Positions 43,673-61,343 of a stretch of DNA of 64,000 nt are shown piece by piece. The notes below the pieces were generated by a model. The model made no database searches. It was not told where the DNA came from and saw only the letters and a program-made list of their open reading frames with translations. The DNA is taken from the NCBI RefSeq assembly GCF_009914755.1, contig NC_060929.1. The stretch is one strand, 5' to 3'. The translations under genes and the position numbers were made by a program. The stretch is from the human T2T-CHM13v2.0 reference genome, Homo sapiens. The first letter of the stretch is position 1; each line of letters opens with the position of its first letter.

Positions 43673-46600
43673 GGACAAGTCATCAAGATGGCTCCCTACC
43701 ACACCCAGCACTTGTCTCCTTCACAAAGAAAGAACAACAACAAAATAGATAACCACATATCCAGAAAACCACACAGTGTCTAGGAGAGAACACTGGAATT
43801 TAGCAAAGAAATGACAAAGACCCAGTGTGGCATGGTGACTCAGGATAGCAGCATAGAGAAAGAAATAAAGCACCTGGCCAGGATCAACTCAGACCCAAGA
43901 GGGACTCCCTACTGCAAGGAAAAGGTAAGCAGGAGATCCCCAAGTGTCCATATATCAATCACGAACATCTGAATTCTAACTACCTGAGAGTCCCACAACC
44001 CTTGTAGGGATTAAGCACAGTATACGGAGCTTCCAGAGAAATAATTCATAATGGGTCCCCCCACTCCATCACCCATAACTTAGACTGCTGCAGAATGTCA
44101 CCATTTTAAAAGTAGAGCCACCACCAAAGTCCATCCTACCATGGGGCCCAATTGCCCCTACATCTCCACAAGTAGAAAAAATAAAAAAGAATGAAGAATG
44201 AAGAAAGCCTACAAGACATATGGGACACAATGATGTGAACAAAATCTGACATTATGAGAGTTGCAGAAGGAGAAGAGGTGAAAAAAAGGCATAGAAAATC
44301 TATTTAATGAAGTAATCACTGAAACCTCCCAAGTATTGAAAGAGATACGGACATCCAGGTACAAGAAGTTGAAAGATACCAAAATATATTCAATCCAAAA
44401 GTCCCTCTCCAAGGCACATTATAGTAAAACTGAAAAGTCAAAGACAAAGACAGAATTCTAAAAATAGCAAGGGAAAAGCATCAAGTGATATATAAGGGAA
44501 TCTCCATCAGAATAAGAGCAGATTTCTCAGCAGAAATCTTACAGGCCAAAAGAGATGGGAAAATATATTCAAAGTGTGGAAACCAAACCAAACAAAAATG
44601 TCAGACAAGAATGTTATACCCAGCAGAACCATCTTAAAGGAATGAAGAAAAAGAAGTCATTCCCAGACAAGCAAAAACAGGAAATTTATTATCATTAGAC
44701 CAGCCCTACCAGAAATGCTTAAAGGAAACCTACATCTAGAAGCAAAAACTGAATATTTGCCATTATAAAAACACCTAAAAGAATAAGACTCACTGGCACA
44801 ACAGATAAACGTACGAGAAAGAGCAAGGAATCAAACATATCACTACAGAAAACCAATAAACTACAAAGATAAACAAAAAGAGAGGAATAAAGAAGCACAG
44901 GATACACAAACCAACTAGAAAACAATTCACAAAATGACAGGAGTAGGTCCTTACTTATTATTACCAACCTTGAATGTAAAGCAGTTATAGTCTCCAATTA
45001 AAAGATATAGACTGGCTGCATGAGTTAAAAAATAAACAAGACCCAACTATATGCTTCCTATAAGAAACTCTGTTTACCATAAAGACCACATAAGATTGAA
45101 AGTGAAGGAATGGAATAAAATATTCCTCACAAACAGATGCCAAAGGCACACAGAAAAAGATATATTTATACCAGATAAAATATATTATAAACAAAGAAAC
45201 ATAAAAAGGGATGAAGATCATTACATAACGACAAAAAGATCAATTCAGCAAGAAAATATAAAATTAAAAATATATATGCACCCAACATAAGAGTACCCAA
45301 ATATACAAAGAGTGTATTATTAGAGCTAAATATAAAGATAGACCCCAGTATAATAATCGCTGGGAACATCAACACCCCCACTGTCAGCATTTAGACAGAA
45401 AACAAACAAATATCATAATTAAATTACATTATAAACCAAATGGACCTAACAAACATTTACAGAACATTTCAACCAACTATTGCAAAATGCACATTCTTCC
45501 CATCAGCCTGTGGAACATTCTCAAGGATAGACCATAGGTTAAGGCTCAAGAAATTTTAAAAAAATCAAAATTATGTCAGATATCTTTTCAGACCACAATG
45601 GTGCTCTGGTTTTTATAATAGCCATTCTAACTGGGATAAGACAATATCTTATTGTGGTTTTGATTTGCATTTTGTATCTTCCTCCAGATACTCTAGGTCA
45701 TCACTCTTAAGTTCAGCCTTCCACAAAGACCCAGGACATGGACACAATGCAGCCAAGTTATTTTACGTGGGTGAACAAGGGTGACATTTGATTCAGTTAT
45801 TGATAAGTTCCTCATTTCTATATCAGCATGGCTTTACTATCTATATTTCTATCAGCATTTTGTTCACAACCACTTAATCAATATCTAAGTAGTTACAAAA
45901 TTTCCCTCCCCTTTTAATTTTTTTCTAATCCTTCCAAATTTTCTACCTCTGCCTATTACCCAGTTCCAAAACTGCTTCCACATTTTCAGGTATCTTTATA
46001 GCAACACCCCACTCCTCAGTACCAATTTACTGTCCTAGTCCATTTGCATTGCTGTAAAGGAACGTTTGAGACTGGGTAATTAATAAAGAAAAGAGGTTTA
46101 TTTGCTCATAGTTATACAGGATATATAAGAAGCATGATGCTGCAATCTCCTCAACTTCTCATGAGGGCCTCAGGCTGCTTCCACTCATGGTGGAAGGTTA
46201 AGAGAAGCTGGCATGTGCAGAGATCACATGGCAAGAGAGGAAGCAAGAGAAAGAGAGAGAAGGAGGAAGTACCAGGCTCTTTATAACAACCAGCTCTCAC
46301 AGGAACTAATAGAATGAAAACTAACTCATTATTGTGAGGATGCCCCTAGGCCATTCATGAGGAATCTGACCCCATGACCCAAACGTCGTCTCCCATTAGG
46401 CCCAATCTCCAACACTGGGAATCAAATTTTAACATGAATTTTGGTGGGACAAGCACCCAAAATATAGCACCCTGATTTGATCATTACATATTGTATACAT
46501 GTATTAAAATATTACTTTGTACCTCATAAATATGAATAATTTATTATACTTCAATTAAAAATATAATTTTAAAAATAATATGATAATTTTTAAAAAGAAA
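43673..46600 (+). mobile_element. Old L1MA with both ends retained but internally deleted and rearranged
   Basis: 5' CAAGATGGC start, ORF1 remnant about 44190-44730, EN remnant about 44935-45600, 3' tail 46470-46600. TSD TCATGCTTAGA at 43662-43672 and 46606-46616. Confidence 0.85.
45675..46469 (-). mobile_element. Truncated MSTB-like provirus: 5' LTR (46031-46469) plus internal fragment (45675-46030)
   Basis: LTR TG...TATAGCA. The adjoining internal start reads GTAAATTGGTACTGAGGAGTGGGGTGTTGCTATAAAGATACCTGAAAATGTGGAAGCAG on the minus strand. Confidence 0.88.
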
Positions 46601-46828
46601 ATTAATCATGCTTAGATTTAAGAGTTAAGGATCTTCTGTCTGTTGAGGTTCCTGCAAATAGGATTTTCATCTGTTTTGTTAGTTCCTTCTAGACCCTACT
46701 AGCAGATTAATAAAGTACACATCACTCACACTATCATAACATGTGACTTTGACCAGTTTCTGTTATACCTATGCAAATGTGGTGTATTGACAATTAAAAG
46801 TGTACTTAAAATACATATTTAGATGATA

Positions 46829-49092
46829 GAGTAGTGATGTCAGCAAGATGGCAGAACAGAAGTTTTCAGTGCTTGTCCTCTTACAGAAACATCAATTTGA
46901 AAAATTATGCACACACAAAAATACCTTCTCAAAAGCTAAGGAAACTAGGTAAGAGATTACAGCACATGGGTAGGGTAAATAAATAATAAAAGACACACTG
47001 AAGAGGGTAAAAAGGACTGTTTCATATTACTCATATAATCCCTTCTCCAATACAGGCAGCACAGTGCAGAGAGAGATACTTTTATAAGGGGGAAGGAGTG
47101 TAAAATTAGAAACAAACTCCACCATGTACCCCATCATGAGGCCTCTCCCAGTGAACTGACTGTAGGCCAGCCCCTGAGGATCAAGACTCAGGCCCACCCC
47201 AGCACCAGACCAGCCTCCATGGCCCCAGGTTTTAGGCCAGACCCTAAAGCCTCAGGACCAGGGCCTACCCTTGAGTACTCAGGCTTCAAGCCCACCCCAG
47301 TACTAGGCTGGCCTTCACAGACTGAGGTTCAGAGTCTGCCTCAGTGCTGAGCTGTTGGACCCTGTGAACCCAGACCTCAGGCCTGCCCCTACAGATCCAA
47401 ACTTCAGGCCCACCCAAGTGGACCCTAATGCCAGGCTATCTCTTGTGGACCCAGGATCTGGCCTGAACTGAAAGACCCAGATTCCAGGCCTATTACTGTG
47501 AACCCAGGAGCTAGACCCTCTCACATAGACACAAGCTTCACATTACATTCACCACTGTGGGTCCAAACACCAAGCCTGCCCGGTTACCAGGACATCCCCT
47601 GTGGAGCCAGGAGCCAGACCCATCCACCTACTGATGCAGGGACTAGGCCAGAAAGTTCTAAAAAAACAGCAGCAAGTCTCCCTGTGAACCCTGCCAGTGA
47701 GCCCAATCAGTAGCTCTAGATGGGCTGACTAGCGAAGTGATTTCCCTATGAAAGCCATTGCGTAAAGACTGTAAGAGGTGCTTACTTTTTCAAATGCACA
47801 GACACAAATGTAAGGCCACGAGGACCACAAGTAATCAGGGAAACATGACACCACAGAGGAAAAAAATGTAAGCACCATCAGTAACCAACTCTAAAGAAAT
47901 AGAAATTTATGAAAAGCCCAACAAAGAATTCAAAATAATTATCTTAAAGAAGCGCAGTGAGCTACAAAACACAGACAAGTAAACAGTATCAGGAAAACAA
48001 TAAAAGAACAAAATTAGTCCAATAAGAGAGAGAACCTATTAAAAAACAACAGGAATTCTGAAGCTGAAGAACATGACTGAACTGAAGATTTTCATAATTT
48101 CAACAGCTGATTCAATCAAGCAGGAGAAAGAAGCAGAGAGCTTAAAGACAGGTCATTTGAAATTACTAAATTAGAGGGAAAAAAAAAGAGAATAACAAAA
48201 AAACAAGAAAACTCATGGAACTTATGAGATATCATCATGAAAACAGATGTATGCATTATGGGAGTCCTACAAGGAATGAAGAAAAAGAAAAGAGCAGAAT
48301 GTTTATTTAAAGATGTAATGACAGAGAGCTTCCCAAACCTGAAGAGAAAATGAACATTCAGTTCTATGAAGACCAAAGAATGCCAAATAGATTAAGCAGA
48401 AGGTGTTTACTAAGGTAAATTATAATCAAATTCAAAAAGGTCAAAGACAAAGATAATTTTAGAAGCAACAACAAAATGTGACCCATCTATTACAAGGGAA
48501 CACCCATAAGATCATCAGTAGGTTTCTCATCAGAGACCTTGCAGGCCAAGAGAGAATGTGATGACACATTCAAAGTACTGAAAGGAATAAAGTGCCAATA
48601 GAAATACTATACCTGGCAAAGCTGACTTTCAGAAATGAAAGAGAGATTAAAATTTTCCAAGAGAAACAAAAGCTGAGGAAATTCCCCACTAGACCTGCTT
48701 TACATGAAATGATAAAGATATTCAAGTTGAAACAAAAGGACACTAAATAACTACATGAAAACAAATGAAAATATAAAATTTTCTGTAAAGGTAAGAGCAT
48801 ATTCAGATTCAAAATACTATAATACTCTAATGGTGGTGCATTATACTCTTATAAAAGTTAAAAGACGAAAGTAATAAAAATAAATAACTTGTTAATGGAT
48901 ACACAATATAAAAATATGTAAATTGTAACATTAATAAATAAGATATGCAGTGAGGAAAAGTTAATGTAGAGTTTTATGTGCGGTCAAAATTAAGTTAATA
49001 TCACATTAAAATAGACTGTTATAACTATAAGTTGGTATATGTAAGCCTGATGGTAACCACAAATAAACCTGTAGTAGATAAAAGATAAAAAG
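46829..49092 (+). mobile_element. Old L1M (L1M2/M3-type) 5'UTR, ORF1 and inter-ORF region; 3' part missing
   Basis: CAGCAAGATGGCAGAA start, GC-rich degenerate repeats 47160-47700, ORF1 remnant (GAATTCAAAATAATTATCTTAAAGAAGC; ACCTTGCAGGCCAAGAGAGAATG). Confidence 0.82.
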
Positions 49093-49101
49093 AAAATAAC
49101 T

Positions 49102-49403
49102 GGCTGGGCAGAGTGGCTCACGCCTGAAACTCCAACACTTTGGGAGGCCGAGGTGGGGAAAGATCACGAAGTCAAGAGATAGAGACCATCCTGGCTAACA
49201 CGGTGAAACCCTGTCTCTAATAAAAATACAAAAATCAGCTGGGCGTGGTGGTGCACACCTGTAGTCTCAACTACATTGGAGGCTGAGGCAGAAGAATTGC
49301 TTCAACCCAGGAGGCAGAGGTTGCAGTGAGCCAAGATCACACCATTGCACTCTGGCCTGGCAACAGAGCGAGAATCTGTCTCAAAAATAAAAAATAAAAT
49401 AAA
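49102..49403 (+). mobile_element. AluSc-like
   Basis: GATCACGAAGTCAAGAGATAGAGACCATCCTGG and CCTGGCAACAGAGCG diagnostics. Flanks AAAATAAC at 49093-49100 and 49404-49411. Confidence 0.92.
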
Positions 49404-50374
49404 AAAATAACATTTTAATATATACTAGTATTATATATTAACATTCTATATGAATAATAACATTATATAATTACTTTATATACTGAATTGGGAGGAAAAT
49501 TTAAGAGTTTATCTGATGGCAAGACTGGTTTTTAATCAATGGCAATCATTGGGATTTTAGCAGGAGAAAACCTGAGGTAAATGGGAAAAAAATGTTTGCT
49601 AATAGAGCTCTGTCTCCAAACAATCACAAGAAAAGTCGCTGCGAAAGGTTTAAATGGAGAATAATACTCCTGAATACAAAAGTGAGAGTCAACAGTCATT
49701 GTAGGTCAGGATCAACAACACAGAAGTAGGAACCATTCAAGAGTTTTATTGAGTTTCTAATTAAATGAGAAAAATATTCACATCTATTGATATTTCTTTC
49801 ACAAATCACAGATCATCATTTTCTATGTTAAATTTTTAAAATGAGATGAATATACATTACAAATTAATTTACCTTATTAATATTTTGTGCTATTATTAAG
49901 AAAATGGGTAAGAATAACTGTTTTAAAAAGATAGCAACACACTTAATTAGGTTAGGCTAAAATTAAAGGTAGAAGTAATTTCCAAAAAAAAAAAAACCCA
50001 CAAATAATGAACCACAGGAAAAAGAAAAATAAGTTCTCTGAACAAAAAAAGGAATTGCTGTGCCTAGAGTAGCCACCAAAGACTGTTAAGACAAGATAAT
50101 AAAAGAATCGTATTTATTGTATTACATGAGATGGGTAGGAGCAAAGGGATTTTTTTTTAATTACACTTTAAGTTCTAGGGTACATGTGCACAATGTGCAG
50201 GTTTATTATATAGGTATACATGTGCCATGTTGGTTTGCTGCAACCATCAACTCATCATTTACAATAGGTATTTTTCCTAATGCTATCCCTCCCCTAGCCC
50301 CCCACCCCACGACAGGCCCTGATGTTGATGTTCCCCACCCTGTGTCCATGTTTTCTCATTGTTCAACACCCATC

Positions 50375-54168
<3,794 letters not shown>

Positions 54169-54234
54169 TATGATGTTTGCTGGTTATTTTGCTGATTAAT
54201 TGATGCAGTTTCTTCATAGCGTCGATGGTCTTTA

Positions 54235-55248
54235 CAATTTGGCATGTTTTTGCAATGGCTGGTACCAGTTGCTCCTCTCCATGTGTAGTGCTTCCTTCAG
54301 GAGCTCTTGTAAGGCAGGCCTGGTGGTGACAAAATCTCTCAGCATTTGCTTGTCTGTAAAGGATTTTATTTCTCCTTCACTTATGAACCTTAGTTTGGCT
54401 GGATATGAGATTCTGGATTGAAAATTCTTTAAGAATGTTGAATATTGGTCCCCACTCTCTTCTGGCTTGTAGGGTTTCTGTAGAGAGATCTGCTGTTAGT
54501 CTGATGGGATTCCTTTTGTGGGTAACCCAACCTTTCTCTCTGGCTGCCCTGAACATTTTTTCATTCATTTGAACCTTGGTGAATCTGACAATTATGTGTC
54601 TTGGAGTTGCTCTTCTCGAGGAGTATCTTTGTGGTGTTCTCTGTATTTCCTGAATTTGAATGTTGGCCTGCCTTGCTAGGTTAGGGAAGTTCTCCAGAAA
54701 ATATCTTGAACAGTGTTTTCTAACTGCATTCCATTCTCCCCATCACTTTCCAGTACACCAATCAGATGTATATTTGGTCTTTTCACATAGTCCCATATTT
54801 CTTGGAGGCTTTGTTCATTTCTTTTCACTTTTTTTCTCTAATCTTGTCTTCTCGCTTTATTTCATTAATTTGATCTTCATTCACTGATATCCTTTCTTCC
54901 ACTTGATCGAATTGGCTATTGAAGCTTGTGCATGCGTCACAAAATTCTCGTGCTGTGGTTTTCAGCTCCGTCAGGTCATTTAAGGTCTTCTCTACACTGT
55001 TCATTCTAGTTAGCCGTTCATCTAACCTTTTGTCAAGATTTTTAGCTTCCTTGTGATGGTTAGAACATGCTCCTTTAGCTCAAAGAAGTTTGCTATACCC
55101 ACTTTCTGAAGCCTACTTCTGTCAATTCGTCAAACTCATTCTCCATCCAGTTTTGTTCCCTTGCTTGCGAGGAGCTGTGATCCTTTGGAGGAGAAGAGGT
55201 GCTCTGGTTTTTGGAATTTTCACCTTTTCTGCTCTGGTTTCTCCCCAT
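54235..55248 (-). pseudogene. Disrupted L1 ORF1p
   Basis: Starts MGRNQSRKGENSKNQS; the AAREKG...PIRLTADLS...ARREWGPIF fragment is frameshifted. Confidence 0.9.
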
Positions 55249-57290
55249 CTTTGTGGTTTTATCTACATTTGGTCTTCAATGTTGGTAACCTACAGATGGG
55301 GTTTTGGTGTGGATGTCCTTTTGTTGATGTTGATGCTATTCCCTTGTCTTTGTTAGTTTTCCTTCTAACAGTCAGGCCCCTCAGCTGCAGGTCCATTGGA
55401 GTTTGCTGGAGGTCCACTCCAGACACTGTTTGCCTGGATATCACCAGTGGAGGCTGCAGAACAGCAAATATTGCTGCCTGATCCTTCCTCTGGAAGCTTC
55501 ATCCCAGAGGGACACCCGCACATTTGAGGTGTCTATTGGCCCCTACTGGGAGGTGTCCCCCCGTCAGGCTACAGGGGGGTCAGGGATCCACTTGAGAAGG
55601 CAGTCTGTCTGTTCTTGGAGCTCGAATGCTATGCTGACAGAACCACTGCTCTCTTCAGAGCTGTCAGACAGGGACGTTTAAGTCTCCAGAAGCTGTCTGC
55701 TGCCTTTTGTCCTGCTATGCCCTGCCCCCAGAGGTGGAATATAGAGAGGCAGTAGTCTTTGCTGAGCTGCCGTGGGCTCCACCCTGTTCAAGCTTCCCAG
55801 TCACTTTGTTTACACTGTGAGCTACTCAACCCTCAGCAATGTTGGATGCCCCCTCCCCCCATCAAGCCTCAGTGTCGCAGGTAGATCTCAGACGGCTGCA
55901 CTAGCAGTGAACAAGGCTCCGTGGGCATGGGACCTGCTGAGCCAGACACGGGAGGGTATCTCCTGGTCTGCCTGTTGCTAAGACCATGGGAAAAGCGCAG
56001 TATTTGGTTAGGAGTGTACCTTTTATCCAGGTACAGTCTGTCACTGCTTCCCTTGGCTAGGAAAGGGAAATCCCCTGACCCCTTGCACTTCCTGGGTGAG
56101 GTGATGCCCTGCCCTGATTCAGCTTACCCTCCATGGGCTGCATCCACTGCCAACCACTCCTAGTGAGATGAACCAGGTACCTCAGTTGGAAATGCAGAAA
56201 TCACCCAACTTCTGTTTCGATCTCACTGTGAGCTGCAGACCAGAGCTGTTTCTATTTGGCCATCTTGGAAGCAATCCCCCATCAGAGCAAAGGGATTTTA
56301 AGGCTTTGAGGATGATGGATGATTTGAGAGACATAGGAAAAGAATCTTTGTAGTGACCAGATTTTGCATCATTTTAAAGAACGCCATTAAAACTAGCCCA
56401 TAATGTGAACATGTGTATGGACATAACGGAATCACTCCCACACAGGAATCAATTTGTACCAAGATGCCAATAATGGGTTGTAAGTTTAAAATATCTTCTG
56501 ATTTCCAAACCATGGAGCTACTGAATTTTCAGAGAGTAGAGCCAAAAGACATCTTCACAGAACTACACAGGGCATGTCCATTGACATAAAACCACTACAT
56601 TGCAAGGAATCATGGGGTGAACCCAAAAACCAGAAGCATTTTTCAAAAGATGTTCTGTCATGGTATCAGAAATTGGAATTAAATCCAAGATGGCCAACTA
56701 GATGTACCCAGGAAGAGCTTCTCTCATTGAGAGATACTAAAATATTGAGTAGGCCAGGATATTCTAAACAGACCTTCTGAGAGAAGACATTCAGAGTGAA
56801 TAGAGAGAAGATGCAGACAATGGGGCTAAAGGGGAGGAAGCTAGAAACCCTACACAGGGTTGCCAAGGGCCAGAACTCATTCCTGGCCCTGCCTGGCTCC
56901 TAAGGAAGGAGTGAGTGAAATAACTTGAGTGGCCCACTCTCACTATGGACCTCTGGGATCCTAACTGAAGGAAGCCCCACAATCCCCATGGACATTTGAA
57001 TTAGGAAGGGGAACTGCCCAGAGAGTCAGCAAAGACAGAACTAAAGTCTGTTCAGAGCCCAGAGAGTTTGGCATGGGGATAGCTTCAGTGGAACACAGCC
57101 ATGTGTGACCATCCCCCAAAGTTCTCCATATTCCTCTAAGTGGCTTTTACCTTTGTTAACTACCAGACCTAGAGAGAGCAGGGCTGTTTTTCCCATGGAA
57201 CTGGGGTGAGTCTGAGATGAGTGGCCTCCTGTCTGCTGGCGCCTCCCAGGGTTCCTGCACAGGGTTCAGCACAGCCTTGAATGTTCTGCC

Positions 57291-57577
57291 AGAGTACTTT
57301 TGCCAGTGGCCACCACAATAGCACTTTCACCAGCAGCCCCAGACATCATGCTGGAGCACTTTAGCCGATGACCTCTCACCAAAGCACTTTAATTTGTGAC
57401 CCGCCCCCAAAACCCTGCCGGAGCACTTTTGCCCACAGATCCCCTGCCAACCCTCTGGGGTGCTTTCACCTGCAGCTTCCCCCAAATTGTCAGAGTGCTT
57501 TCACCCAAGGACCCCCTGCCACACTATCAGAGCACTTTTGCCAGTGGCCTGCAATGGAGTACTGTTGCCAGTGGACT
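57291..57577 (+). repeat. Degenerate tandem array of about 30-35-bp units in the L1 5'UTR
   Basis: About nine copies of a GAGCACTTTTGCC-like core. Confidence 0.75.
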
Positions 57578-58927
57578 GGAAGAACCTTGGTACCTTCACC
57601 ATATACAGTGCTTGACCTCAAGGGGCCAGAAGAAAAAGCTACAGGCCTGGTTCTAGGCCCTGATGGTTAGAGTACACAGTCCAGGAGCTGAGCCTTGGCC
57701 CTCTGAAAGCATACAGAAGTGAAGCCAATCAAGGAAATCCAACTTATACTACTGTCAAACCCTTGAGGGCATTAAAGAACATGAAAACAAGAAGCCCTAC
57801 CCAAAGGGCAGAAATTTCAAAGATTAAAGGAAATGAGCCCACAAAGATGAGAAAAAACAGTGCAAGAAATCTGGCAATTCTAAAAGCTAGAGTGTCTTCT
57901 TCCCTGCAAACAATTGCACTAGATCCCCAGCAAGGATTTGTAACCATATTGAAATAGTTGCAATGACAGACATATAGTTCAGAATCTGGATGACAAGGAA
58001 CTCAAGGAGATACAGGAGAAGGTTGAAACCCAATCCAAGGAAGAGTAAAACAATCCAAGAGTTGAAAGATGACATAAGCATTTTAGAAGGAACCAAACAA
58101 ATTCTGGAATTGAAAAAATCACTACAGGAATTTCTTAATAGAGTTGGAAGCATTAAAAACAGAATACACCACGCCAAGGAAAGAATCTCAGATCTCAGAG
58201 ACTGCTCCTTCAAATCTACACAGGCAGACAAAAATTAAAAAAAAAAAAGAATTCTAAAAACCTCCAGGATATATGGGATTATCTAAAGAGACCAGACCAA
58301 CCACCCATTGGCATTTCTGAGAGAGAATGACAAAGAGTAAGCAACTTGCAAAGCATATTTAAGGATATAGTCCATGAAACTTGTCGAAATCTTTCTAGAG
58401 AGGTTGACATGAAAACTCAAGAAATTCAGGAAACCCCTGTGAAATAATATACAATACAACCATCCCCAAGACAAATAGTCATCAGATTCTTCAAGGTTAA
58501 TGCAAAAGAAAAATTCTTAAAGGCAGCTAATGAGAAGGGGTAGGTCACTTACAAAAGGAATGCCATCAGGCTAACAGCAGACTTTTCAGTAGAAACCTTA
58601 CAAGCCAGAAGAGATTGAGGGCCTATTTTCAGCATTCCTAAAAAAAATAAATTTTAACCAAGAATTTAATATCTTGCCAAACTAAGCTTCATAAGTGAAA
58701 GAGAAATGATATCCTTTCCATACAAGCAAATGCTAAGGGAATGCATCAGCACTAGACATGCCTTACAAGAAGTCTTTAACGGAATGTTAAACATGAAAAA
58801 GAAAGACTGATACCTGCCACCATAAAAACACACTTAGTACATAGCTTACTGACACTATAAAGCAACCATACAATCAAGTCTACATAAAAATAAGCTAACA
58901 ACACAATGACAGAATCAAATTCTCACA

Positions 58928-59220
58928 GCCAGGTGTGGTGGCTCACACCTGTTATCCTAGCACTTTGTGAGGCCAAGGCAGACAAATCACTTGAGGCCAG
59001 GAATTTGAGACCAGCCTGGCCAACACAGTGAAACCCTGTCTCTACTAAAAATAGAAAAAATTAGCTGGACATGGTGGTGCATGCCTGTAATCCTAGTTAC
59101 TTGGGAGGCTGTGGCGTGAGAATCACTTGAACCTGTGAGGTGGAAGTTGCAGTGAACAGAGATCATTTCACTGCACTCTAGCCTGGGCAAGAGAGTGAGA
59201 CTCTGCCTTGAAAAAAAATA
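58928..59220 (+). mobile_element. Alu (Sz/Jb-like) inserted just after the ORF2 start of the host L1
   Basis: Full dimer. TSD core AATTCTCACA at 58918-58927 and 59224-59233. Confidence 0.93.
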
Positions 59221-60944
59221 CCGAATTCTCACATATTAATATTGATCTTGAATGTAAATGGCCTAAATGCCCTACTTAAAAGGCACAGAGTGGCAAGTGG
59301 GATAATGAGACAAGACCTAACTAACTGTCTTCCACCTTCAAAAGATCCATCTCACATGCAATGACATCCATTCGCTAAAAGTAAAGGGATGGAGAAAGAT
59401 CTATCAGGCAAATGGAAAAGAAAAAAAGAGCAGGGCTTGCTAATCTTAGACAAAAAAGACTTTAAGCCAACAATGATCAAAAAGGACAAATAAAGATAAA
59501 TTGTTCAATTCAACAGGAAGACTTAACTATCATAAATATACATGCAAACAACATTGGAGCACCCAGGTTCATAAAACAAGTTCTTAGAGACCTACAAAGA
59601 GACTTACATAACCAAACAGTAACAGTAGGAGACTTCAGCACCCCAACTGACAGTGTGAGACAGCAGATCAATGAGGCAGAAAACTAACAAAAACATTCAG
59701 GACTTAAATTTGACGCTTGACCTAATGGATCTAATAGACATCCACAGAATACTGCACCCTAAAACTACAGAATACACCTTCTTCACATCTGCACATGGCA
59801 TATACTCTGACATTGACCACATGCTTAGTCATAAAGTAAGTCTCAACAAATTCAAAAAGTAGAAATCATACCAACTACACTCTCAGACCACAGTGTAATA
59901 AAAATAGAAATCAATACCAAGAAAATTTCTCAAAACCATAAGATTACATGTAAATGAAACAACATGCTCCTGAATGACTTTTCGGTAAAACATGAAATTA
60001 AGGTTGAAATAAAAAAATTCCTTGAAACTAATGAAAACAGAGACACAGCTTACCAGAATTTCTAGGACATATAGTTAAAGCAGTATTAAGAGGACAGTTT
60101 ATAGCACTTAACACTTACATCAAGAAGTTAGAAAGATCTCAAACTAACAACTTAACATTGCACCTAGCGGCACTAGAAAAACAAGAGCAAACCAACCCCA
60201 AAGCTAGCACAAGAAAAGAAATAACCTAAATCAAGCTGAACTGAATGAAATTGAGATGTGAAAATCCATAGAAATGATCAACAAAACAAAAATTAGGTCT
60301 TTGAAAGAATAAACAAGATTGATAGGCTTCTAACTAGACTAATAAAGGAAAAAAGAGAGAAGATCCAAATAAGCACAATCAGATATGACAAAAGTGACAT
60401 TACCACCAATGCCACAGAAATATAAAAAACCCTCAGAGACTATTATGAACACCTGTATGCACACTAACTAGAAAACCTAGAAGAAATGGATAATTCCTGG
60501 AAACATACAATCTCCCAAGATTCAACTAGGAAGAGGTTGAAATCCTAAACAGACCAATAATGAGTTCTGAAATTGAATCAGTAAAAAAAACTACCAATGA
60601 AAAAAGCCCTGTAACAGATGGATTCACAGCCTAATTCTACCAGACATACAAAGATAAACTAGTATCACTCTTACCAAAATTATTCCAAAATATCACGAAG
60701 GAGGGACTCCCGGCAACTCATTCTGTGAAGCCAGCATCATTCTGATAACAAAACCCGACAGAGACAAAATGAAAAAAAGAAAACTTCAGGCCAATATGCC
60801 TGATGAACGTAGATAAAAATATCCTTAAAAAATACTAGAAAACCAATTCTAACAGCACATCAAAAAGTTTATTCATGATGATTAAGTAGGCTTTATTCCT
60901 GGAATGTAAGATTGGTTCAACATATAAAAATCAATAAATGTAGC

Positions 60945-61343
60945 TGATACGATTTAGATCTGTGCTCCCACCCAAACCTCATGTCTAATAGTAATCCCCA
61001 CTGTTGGAGGTAGGGTCTGGAGGAAGGTGATTGGATCATCGGAGCAGTTTCTAATGGTTTATCACCATCCCCCTAGTTCTGTCTCATGATAGAGTTTTCA
61101 TGAGATCTGATTGCTTATAAGTGTGTAGAACCTCTTCCCCTTCTCTCTCTTCCTTCCGCTCCAGCCATGAGAACACATGCCTTCTCCCCCTTTGCCTTGT
61201 GCCATATTTGTAAGTTTCCTGAGGCCTTCCCATCTGTGCTTCCTATACAGCCTGCAGAACCATGAGCCAATTCAACCTCTTTTCTTGTTAAATTACCCAG
61301 CCTCGGGTATTTCTTTGTAGCAGTATGAGAACAAACTAATACG
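60945..61343 (+). mobile_element. MSTA-like solo LTR inside L1 ORF2
   Basis: TGATACGATTTAGATCTGTG start; CAGCCTGCAGAACCATGAGCCAATT...AACTAATAC end. The host L1 resumes at TCACCACATAAACAGAA. Confidence 0.9.

Noticed and set aside
47160-47700. GC-rich repetitive island resembling a promoter or coding exon
   Set aside because: It is CpG-poor and lies between an L1 start motif and ORF1, so it is explained as old L1 5'UTR repeats.
55090-56353. + strand ORFs antisense to the L1 5'UTR/ORF1 (ORF0-like?)
   Set aside because: Mostly non-ATG starts, and I cannot recognise an intact ORF0. They are treated as antisense artefacts.
57291-57577. CRISPR-like repeat/spacer pattern (GAGCACTTTTGCC core)
   Set aside because: The units are degenerate with related spacers, lie inside an L1 5'UTR, have no cas genes nearby, and the context is eukaryotic.
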